A stretch of DNA of 64,000 bases. Origin: Chrysomallon squamiferum (Eukaryota > Animalia > Mollusca). Positions 54,901 through 64,000 of the stretch are shown here, one piece after another (positions within the stretch are counted from its first letter, which is position 1; the number at the start of each line of letters is the position of its first letter). The notes below the pieces were generated by a model. The model did not search any database. It saw only the letters and a list, made by a program, of their open reading frames with translations, and was not told the origin of the DNA. Where the stretch lies: positions 35,774,001-35,838,000 of the forward strand of contig CM022670.1 of the NCBI GenBank assembly GCA_012295275.1. The letters are read 5' to 3'. A program made the position numbers and the translations under genes.

Positions 54901-57900
54901 GAAATAAGGATGGAACTTTGTATTTCATTTCTAAAATCCTCAGACCACTGTTGACATCTTTACCACAAAGTAAGACATCCAGCACTGCACCAAGAGGATA
55001 GACATGTTTGTTACCCCAGCCAAGATATACAACAAGAAACACATATTGGCCTCGAAGTGCAGGAATAATATCAAATTTTCCTTTATACTTTAATTTTGCA
55101 CCATCAAGTTTGTAAATGTCAGTTCTGTATTTCACCAGATTTGGGAACTTTGTTCTAGTAACTGTATTAAGAACATGAATTTTAGGAATGCTTTGACACA
55201 AAGGCTTCATTAACCAACCTTCAACTTCATTACTGGTACATGCAAGAATAGGATGTTGACTATTCTTGAGAAAATGACTGTTCAGAACTCCTACAACTTC
55301 ACCATATGAACTGGAATCCATTTTATTTCTGTCTTTTGCTTTATCTTTTGGATCGAACAGAATTTCCACAACCACTTCATCATTATTGAAACACTGACCA
55401 CACTTTGATCTCCCAGCAATTTCAATTTGATTTTCAGAACCAGCCGAGTCCAATATTTTGCAGACAGCTTTTTGTGCTGACTCCATCTCAATCCTGCATC
55501 TCTTGTATTTGTCAGGTTCTTTTTTCAGAAGTTGCTGAAGCTTTTCTTCTGGAATGAAGTTTTTGTAAAACTGTTTTCTCTTTGGGTCTTGATTGCGATT
55601 TTTCAAAAATATTTCCACATCTTTTTCTTCAAGATTCAAACCTGATACAGTGTAAAATCGTGGATTATTTTCTATGTCTTTGTTGTTGGCGGAAATTTCC
55701 TTGCTTTGTTCAAACCAGGTTTTTTCCGAATTATCAATTTCATTCTGAGCTTCGATGTTATCATCAGAGTCTGAGTCATCTAGAAAAGTGCTGTCAGGTT
55801 CATTCTCAAATTTGTCTTCATCTTCAGAGGAGGAGCTCCAGTCCTGGTGACTTAACATCCTGTCAATGTCATCTTCATCAAAGTTAGTGTGGTTGGACCA
55901 TTGATCTTCAGGCAAAGATTCAGCTGAAGTTGTTTCAGATGCACTGCTTGACTCAGAATTGTGTTTGCTATGTTCAGATGTCCATGTTTTGAAATCACCT
56001 ATTTCTTTCAAGCTGGTGTTAAGATTGATACATGAACTGGAAGATGAAGTACTGCAAATGGAATCAGAGTGTTTTCTTTTCACTGAAAATGAGGACATAT
56101 TTTGAATTATATTAGTCTATGAACAGTTTTAATTACATTACCAAAACAAAACATGTTTTGAAAGTATATTTTCTAGCTTCATTATTTGAAATTTAAGAAA
56201 AAATTTTTTTATCAAAATTACAATGTATGCTTTATTACTAAAAGCAAAGCAAGTGGAATGTACTGCTATTTTTATTTTTATTATTATTTTTTTTTTTTTT
56301 AACTGATCACTTTATCAATGTTTTGAAGAAAACACTTACATCTTGGTCGTTTTTTTCTGTGAACATGAGAATCCTTAACAGCTTTTGCTATTCTCTGTTG
56401 AGTCTGAAATATTAAACATAATACAGATTATTTGTAATATCTAATAATCCCATTTAATGCCAGGAAAATACTGCTAGTTGTTTGGTTAGTGGTAGACGGT
56501 TGTAGTGGAGGGGTGGCAATGGCCAAAGGGAATTAACTCCAGTTGAACTGATCTGTACAGGAAAAGTGCCAGATGCACCAGACATGAGTCTCTTCCACTC
56601 AAGTGCCACAACAGGACTGCAGGAAAAAATGTAACTAGCTTTTTCATCCGTTGGGTCAGATCCCAGCCTTTTTGATTTTGAAAAACACCTGATAATGCCT
56701 GGAAATCAAAAAAGGAAAGATTGCTCAGATGGCTATTCAGTATTTTCTCATTAGGTACCATAACATGGACACGTTACTGTGACAAAACTCCTTAGCAGAT
56801 GTTGTCTGTAAAACAATACTTGAAACCATTGCAAGTCTTTTTTTATGTAATATTTATTTCCATTTACAATGCATTACAAGTCATATTTACATGTAAAAAA
56901 AAATTAATCACATGATATTGGAATGATTTCCCTGAAACATTCATTATAGTGCTTGATACCAGTTTTTGGACAGAAAATTGAAATTATTTTTTTGAAAGGT
57001 CCATCAATTGGCCATATCAAAAAAAAAAATTATTCACTTTTTGTTGTTAAAACAAAAAGATTTCATCTACTAAAACGTGTACTATTATGTATGCAAACAT
57101 TGAAGCAATGAGTTTCCTATTTGAATTTAAAAAAATCATTGGTCCATGCTACTAGTTGGTGACAGAAGCAGACATGGCCATGGTATGATGAACAATTCAA
57201 AATAAAAAAGGTTAGACACCTTGAAAATTCATGGGGTTAATAGACAATGAGCTCTGGTTATTGTGCATGTCAGGAATAGGGGGTAGTAGACAAGCTGGAT
57301 ATATGACAGTTCAACCAGTTCTTTCTTGTAATCCAGGGACAAGCTATGAGGGTGGTTAGGACATGTTGGGGTTTGATAGTGGATCAAGCTAGCAGTAAAG
57401 TAATTAATTAAAAGTTTTACTGCAGGTTTAAGACTACAGTATCAAGGACCTAGAGCAGCACAGATGCACACAGTTTAAAACATGTAACACAGGCTCAAGA
57501 GATACTGTTAGTGAAGGTGGCAGGACCATTTACAGATTGCCCATTTAAAACCCTGAGAATTTCCCCTGGGATTGTTAACAAAATATTATGGAGATTTCAC
57601 AAATATTCACCATCTTTCCTATCTGATTTTGTAAATGATCATATCAATCCAAGTGTTTGTTCTGTAAGTTATGCCAGTATGCATGATTCTATACAAAAAA
57701 TTCAGATGTTTGGTCAGAGAGCATTCAGGTTACTACCTTTATTTCCAGAGGATTTCAATTTGTGATGGTTTAAAACAGTTGATCAGTGCTACTACAAGTG
57801 TTTACACATGGATGCATCAATTAGTTGTGTTCTATTTGAAAAGATTTCCTATTTATACAGTGAGAAGTTAGGCAATGTTTGCTGCTTCTACTGCACTACC

Positions 57901-60803
57901 TCAATGATTTCTTTTTGGAGCCAGAGCAGGATCAAATGAATGTCACAAGGTAATGGGAAGTTTTCAGACAACATGTTGCAAGTTAGGGATTCCAGTAGCA
58001 AAAGTAACAGCCAGAACACAAGCAGACAATTTGAATAGAGCAACTGGGGTACATGCCTGCCAGCCGAAATATCTAATATGGAATTTAAGAATGACAAAAG
58101 AGGGAAGCATGAAGTGTGGATAATTAGATCTTCAGTTTTCCACTGGACAGGAATTCAGGTAGAGGCAACCTAGGTTTGCAGCAGTCAAGTATCAAGGTAA
58201 AATGTATGTAACAGGGGAAGGCAATGGTCACAGCTAGACAGTTATATTTCAGATAAGTTAAAAAACCCACCCCATCTACCGAATGCTGTCATTTTACATC
58301 AGGATTGAATGACGTGGAAACAATGAAAAATAAGGTTCTGATTCAGAACATCACTTGCTCAGTTTTTGAGTGAGAGCGCTCCTCCCTTTATAATCATATG
58401 GTCAAACATGCTGCCAGGTGGTGGCAAGGTTTTTCCAAGAGGTAAGTGGATGGATGGAGTGGATATAGATTATCTCTTGTGGCGGGAGCTTAGATTCATC
58501 TAGCCCAGGATTAGGTTCCACCTACTGAATTGTGGGGGAACAGATTATTACCAAAGGATTTGCTCAAGTAATCCGGCACAACCTTCGGGGCTAAAGGGGA
58601 GTTTGATCAGATCACCTATGAACTGCTGAGGGGTCGATTAAGGTAATGTAGAAACACTCAATCTTAGGGGCCAGACAAGTTATGCCCACCTACAAATTTT
58701 GCAATCTGCTTTAGTTACAGATAGGGAACTTTGACTCTTGTCCAGTCTCTGATTTAAAGGCCAGGAGGATAAAAGCAGACAACCTTGTATGCCAGGTATA
58801 CATGCCACATACTCTATCATGATGGCAATCAGTATGTCTCAGAAGGGTCCTTGGTTATTAATTAGTTTTAGTCAGCTGCAGCCAAGTTTTATCAAAACAA
58901 CTAAAGGGTTTGAGGGTTCACATAGAGGTAGATACAGATGTAAATATATTCTAGAAGGTTTCACTTGTACATAGTTGTGTGAATAAATGGAAAAATGTTA
59001 ACAATGAAGACTGCAAATAAACATATATATATATAACATTGTCATTTGTGGAGTTTATATCGGCATTAATACATTATTTTTGTTTTTGAAAATAAATAAT
59101 ATGCATTTATCTTTTCAGCCAAGTAATCTTGGTGCAATAATCTTCCAGTATAAGATAATCAAATCTGAAAATAAACAAATCTTAATAAACTACATTTATA
59201 AACTTCATAAAATTAGGTGCAATACACTAACGCTGTATAAACTAATATTGTAAATTCGCATAGAACAGAACAAATTCGCTTCCAAGAATTTGTAAAGTTA
59301 AAGTACAGAAGAATTTATCTGTAGGTGTATTGCTTTACCTCAACAGCATGTGCATGTGTTCCTTCCAACCATGTTTCATCCAGCTCTCTAGTTTGTGGAT
59401 GTGTTACTTCATCCACTTTCTTGTAAAGCTCATTGAGATAGGACTCTGCCTTCTCTTTCTCTTCTCCTTCCTGTTTTTAAAAACAATACAAATAAAATAA
59501 TGGCTGAGCCAAAAGACATTGACCACTCAGAATAAAGTATATTAATTCAAGTGTTAATGACAAATGATTGAGAAAATACTATGAGAAAAAAAAAATACAA
59601 AAAGAAAATTCTTTCAAATCTTTAATATAAAATAACAAAATAAATACAACCATATGAAGTATAACTAAAAGGATTTATTTACAACCATCAGAAAGAAACA
59701 ACAGAGAATATGAAGAGTCCAATATGAAGAATAGTATGTAATTAGTTCTCATTGTTTATCTGATAAAGAAATTAATTCTTGTTGTAACATTTCTCCTCTT
59801 TAGCTTTTAGCATGTAAAACTAATACAAAATTTAAAAAATTCAGATCTAAATCCAGCTTTATTCTCTGTGTAAATTTTATTGACAGAACAAAATGAACTT
59901 ATAATATATTTTACCTTAGCATATCTTACAGCATCTTCTGCTTTTTTAATAGCAGCAGGAATTTGTCCCTTCAGTTCCAGAGCTTTTGCCCAGATTGAAA
60001 AGCCTTCACTGTTTTCATAGTAATAAATTCTCTCTTCAGCTGTAAAACAGTTACTTGTTGACAGAAATATTGCTTTCAGTAAACATTTCTACATGTGATA
60101 TCATTTCTTTTTTCTATTGTTTTATACAATGATCATGCTTTTTGAAATAATAATCATATATGGTCATCTGTGTATGTGTGTATGTGTGTCTGTTTAGTGT
60201 GTGTGGGAGTATGTTTCATGAGTTTGTGTTATTGTAAACCCATTTTACTAATCTGTAAGAATGTCTCATAAAAAAACAAAATCACATTACACTAATAACA
60301 ACAAAAATGTTTGTACACATGTACATTTACATTAGTCATTCAAATACTTATTTCTTACCAATTCTGCAGTGATGCATTGCAAGATCCAGAGCTTTCTGAA
60401 ACATTTATGTAATAATATAAAAATGGCAATACAGAACATAACATTACACTTTAAATTACTTTTTGGATGAATACAGATTTTACAAAATTCTACTGTAAAT
60501 CATTAACATGAGTCTCTTTGAGACAAAGCTCTCCGGTAATTAAACCAGTTTGTATAGTCCCTGATATGCAACACAAAGTTTAGAAAGTATTTTATTTCAT
60601 ATTTTTATTATTCACATGTACTGAAGCCCACAGGGCTAGGATGACAAATAATACTGGCATTACACATGGTTAGAGGCTGGCATGACTGTCATTGAGTGAA
60701 TAATCAAATATTATTTAAAGAATTTTCAGTTCCAAGGTTGCTGTTTAAATGATATTGCACCTCTGTGTAGATATTTAAAGAGTTATAAGCAAGTAAGTAA
60801 GTA

Positions 60804-60841
<38 letters not shown>

Positions 60842-63452
60842 TAATAATAATAATGGTACAACAAAATCCAAAACTTTATTTTGAGATCTGCTGTAATGCC
60901 ATGTTTATTGATTCACACTTTTTTAGATATCAAAAATGCAAAAAAATGAAATCATTCAGCCTCAACATACAAATTCATTTTATACCTACTTTTTAAAAAT
61001 GTTGTTGAGATTCTGGGGGGGGTATTTAATTTTTTTTTTTAATTTGTGGTTTGAACATTGTTTAACAGGTTTTTGAGTTACAAATTAATTAAAATAATAC
61101 CTTTCTAACAATACATTTATTCAAATAAAGAAATAAAGTATTTTTTAAAGACTTACTCCATTTAATGCACTTCTTGCTTGAAGAAGTCGAAGTTCTCCAA
61201 GCAGATGCCAGTTATCATTTACATTAACAGAAGAAACACGAATCAGATCTGTACAACAGATGAAACAAAATGCTGGCTTTTCTTCAATCATTTTCTTTGC
61301 TTGTGAAATTAAGCTTCTGATCAAAGTTAATACCTGAAAAACAAGTTTAAAAAAAAAAAAACGTTCATTCTAGTACGTCTTCATCTTGGAAGAAGGGAAT
61401 ATATAAGCATGGAATATGCCAAAGTATTAATACATAGCATGAACTAAATACTTCAATGAAGCCAGTGTTTTGGTACACATTTGTTGATCTTAAAAACAAT
61501 TCTATTAACCAAAGACTACTGGCAACCCTAACATTTTTGAAGACCTGAAGCTTGAACAATTATGGGGGGCCTTCACAAGCATTAGTTATTATTTTTTTTA
61601 ATTTTCTGTGACAGATGTTTGTTATCATCTAGCCTGAATTAAAATGTAACTGAATTACATCTTAAACCCCAAACAATATTTATCATTTTTTCTACACTTT
61701 AAGATCAGTAAACATTTAAACTAAATATTTTACCAAAGAAAAATATAGAGATATTAAATGAGGCTACAGTTATGAAAAAGAAGATATTAAATTATTTCAT
61801 CAAGATGTGTTAACTTAATTATTATTTTACCATGTTCCAGTCCTGGTTTTGTCTGTATAATTCTAAAAACAGAAACGCTGTCAACATTTGACAAGCCATG
61901 TTGTATCGTGGAACAACTATATTGTTTTCTAGTGAGAAGAAGGTTGCCATTTGTAAAAGTGACATTGCTGAAAATAAAAACAGGTAAGACAAACTAATCT
62001 TGAAACATATGTATCTTTCTCTATCAAAATAAATTAGTATTTTTAATTTTAAAAAATTTTGTCATCTTTAAGTGTCAAAATAATAAGCAATGGTAATTTT
62101 AGTGGAAAATTCTGTTAAATATTCTACACTTAACATTTGTATTATTAAGGAAAAACCTGATAAATAGCCAAATGACACAAGAAAACTAGACTAATAAATA
62201 AAAAATAAAAAAACATAAAAAACATAACAAACAAAGATATATTTTCTATTTCCTTGAGTTAATGGTTGACATAGAAAGAATTTGAAAAAATATATATGCA
62301 AGCACTGTAAGAATCATTTGGATAGCTTCAGAAAATGAAGTAAAGACTATTCATACAAACCTTTGTACACTATGATTAGTGCTGATCCAATATGGTTTGC
62401 ATTCTTTGCAAAAAATAAAATATATATTTATAATAATTTAATGAATCTATATATGCATTTGATGAATACATTATTTCAACTACTCTCAGATTCATGCATA
62501 TTTAAGAGATGATTTCAACATGCTGTCAGAATATACAGTTTATTATTATTATTATTTTTATAACTTTTTTTTTATTAACAAATATTCTAAACAGTAAATA
62601 CATATCAAAGGATTTCTTAATTTGTTACTTTATTATCATGTTTAATCATTAATAAAGACGGATCAGATTTAAATTAAAAATAGTGTTTTTTAAGCCATTT
62701 ATGTACACAATGAACACATGCTATGTTAATATTAATGCATGATTTAATATTTTATCTTAGGCTTTTTGATATTTAATTATTTTTAAAGTGATATAAAAAT
62801 TAAAAAATATATCACCTCTTCAACAAATTTACAGATAGTTTCATTCAGATGTACAATGAAAAACTGCTCAATTTCCCTGAAAATTTTCTCAGAAAAACTG
62901 AGGTAATTTTTTACTGTGGTTCCAAACTCATTTAGAACAGCTTCATCAAACTCATCAAGTCTGATTTTCTCTAATGCATATTCAAGAATGTCTCTCAGAG
63001 GTTCCATTGTGACGTTCACCTGATTGAAAATCATTATGATTAATGAACAAATGCAATCATCAAAACACTTATTCTATTTTAAACATATTTTATGCAGGGT
63101 AGGATTAAGCACTAGTATGGGGCCTGTAGCTTATGTTATAAACAGATCAGATTAAAAACACACATACACACACAATCAAATAAATCTGCCATTTTGGTAA
63201 TACTATTATTTATATGCACAGTTGCATACAGTTTCAGATGTCAAAAGTGATAAAACTACAATCTAAAAGTTACATTTTCTAGATCAAATACAAATTTTGT
63301 AACTTTTATAATTGTATTTGTTTTATTTTCATTGTAATTTAATTGTGGTTAGTTATATTATAACACCTGTAGGAAGTATGATAAAAATTCAAATACACTA
63401 ACCTGCTCTGAAACTGTTTGATCCAGCCATTTATTCATGAATGCATGCATAG
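46352..63452 (-). CDS. HELZ2: HELZ2-like TPR/helical-RNB-SF1B helicase gene, copy 3 (exon 1 lies beyond the window end; two net -1 frameshifts)
   Basis: Phase-consistent GT-AG exons: 63403-63452, 62816-63019, 62361-62403, 61831-61967, 61157-61333, 60359-60395, 59915-60039, 59339-59470, 56340-56403, 52374-56082, 51777-51880, 50897-51043, 50264-50401, 49155-49854, 48610-48827, 47759-47948, 47004-47171, 46352-46515 (TAA). RNB motifs FTIDPPHSKDLDDALS and HFTSPIRRYVDL. Helicase motifs QGPPGTGKT, IIDEAA, IGDHKQL, QYRMHP, TVVSSQGGE, NVALTRAR. RNB followed by a UPF1-like helicase is the hallmark of the HELZ2 family; the symbol is a family call, not orthology. Exon 15 is 700 bp (701 expected, ~49333) and exon 16 is 218 bp (219 expected, T5>T4 at ~48775). 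Confidence 0.88.
52374..56082 (-). CDS. Copy 3 giant exon 11: acidic/Ser-rich linker, cold-shock-like region, RNB exoribonuclease domain and pre-helicase region
   Basis: Uninterrupted ORF 52370-56098. Acceptor ttttcag at 56083 (the ORF's MSSFS is intronic); donor AG|gtgaa at 52373. All four catalytic Asp are present in DPxxxxDLDD, plus VHIADV, LVEEFMI and HFTSPIRRY. Confidence 0.92.
56426..59066 (+). mobile_element. Degenerate DIRS/Ngaro-type retroelement remnant (RT and SGNH-hydrolase fragments) in intron 9 of copy 3
   Basis: Absent in copies 1 and 2; flanked by the direct repeat TAATACA (56419-56425 and 59067-59073). ORF 57511-57765 (AGPF..CPF..LRISP..VNDHI....SVSY....AFRLLPLFPEDF) resembles DIRS/Ngaro RT. 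~58110-58460 gives VWII.SS.FHW, AVILH.GLNDV, IIWSNMLPR and DGV, resembling the SGNH ORF of Ngaro elements. Confidence 0.7.
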
Positions 63453-64000
63453 CTGAAAAAGTATAATTCACTTTTATCATTAATGTAATTGTTACTATTA
63501 TAAAGGGAGACTACTGACATTAATTTTATTATCATGGCCTGTTAATATTATGATTTACAATAATTTTTAAAATTATTTATTAAAAAAAAAAGAAGAAGAA
63601 GAAGAAGAAGAGTCGTTTAAATCATGGCCTGTTAATATCAAGATTTGCAGTAGTTTTTAATATTCTCAATTAAGAAAATAATAAGAAGAAGAATAATTTA
63701 AAGTGTAATATTTTCAACATTGAAAAGAAAAAATGTTTTAGTTTATTTTTAATTACTTCATTTCTTCAAGTCAGTATCATTTATAGAAGACATGCTCAAA
63801 GAAATGTTAGTCACTATCATGGTAATAACAATAAATAGTTATAATATTACTGTTATTACTGACCACTGGTATCTTTAAATATTAATATGTGTACCAGACC
63901 AGTTATCCAGCAAGCTTGAAACTGAAAATTATCTAGATTTCTGGATTTTCAAGTTTACTGGACCAAGGCTGAAGATATATACATATATATAAAATGTAAA

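Noticed and set aside
56083-56098. ATG (MSSFS) as start of a standalone 1242-aa RNB protein; likewise ORF 7554-8045
   Set aside because: It lies in the polypyrimidine tract/acceptor (atgtcctcattttcag). Exon 10 splices in phase to it, and copy 2 has an extra base there that puts this ATG out of frame.
52370-56098. Bacterial RNase R or horizontally acquired nuclease
   Set aside because: It is embedded in a spliced gene, phase-linked to UPF1-like helicase exons and has host-like composition; the RNB + helicase pairing points to the HELZ2 family.
61995-62003. Apparent acceptor mutation (cag>caa) before exon 5 in copy 3
   Set aside because: The true acceptor is at 61968-61970 and is intact; the upstream AG in the other copies is intronic.

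Overview
AT-rich, microsatellite-rich, intron-containing animal (invertebrate-like) DNA. The window is almost entirely a head-to-tail tandem array (period ~22-23 kb) of three paralogous minus-strand 19-exon genes. Each encodes a HELZ2-related protein of ~2170 aa: an N-terminal all-helical/TPR-like region, a basic motif and acidic linker, an RNB (RNase II/R/DIS3-type) exoribonuclease domain in one 3.7-kb exon, and a single UPF1-like SF1B helicase. Copy 1 (1284-16904) is a true pseudogene: ATG>ATA, an in-frame ~2.75-kb deletion of the whole RNB domain, Walker B DE>VD, splice-site deletions and a nested transposon stack. Copies 2 (23521-40282) and 3 (46352 to beyond 63452) keep all catalytic motifs and are broken only by net 1-bp indels, mostly in short homopolymers, which may be assembly errors. 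Other content: a Ginger-like integrase transposon holding a LINE fragment that is split by a solo LTR, a decayed DIRS/Ngaro element, a ~1.5-kb spacer repeat, IRF/ISRE-like promoter motifs, and a conserved divergent promoter/first-exon-like cassette. All exon boundaries were read by eye from GT-AG sites and paralog comparison; no database searches were run.
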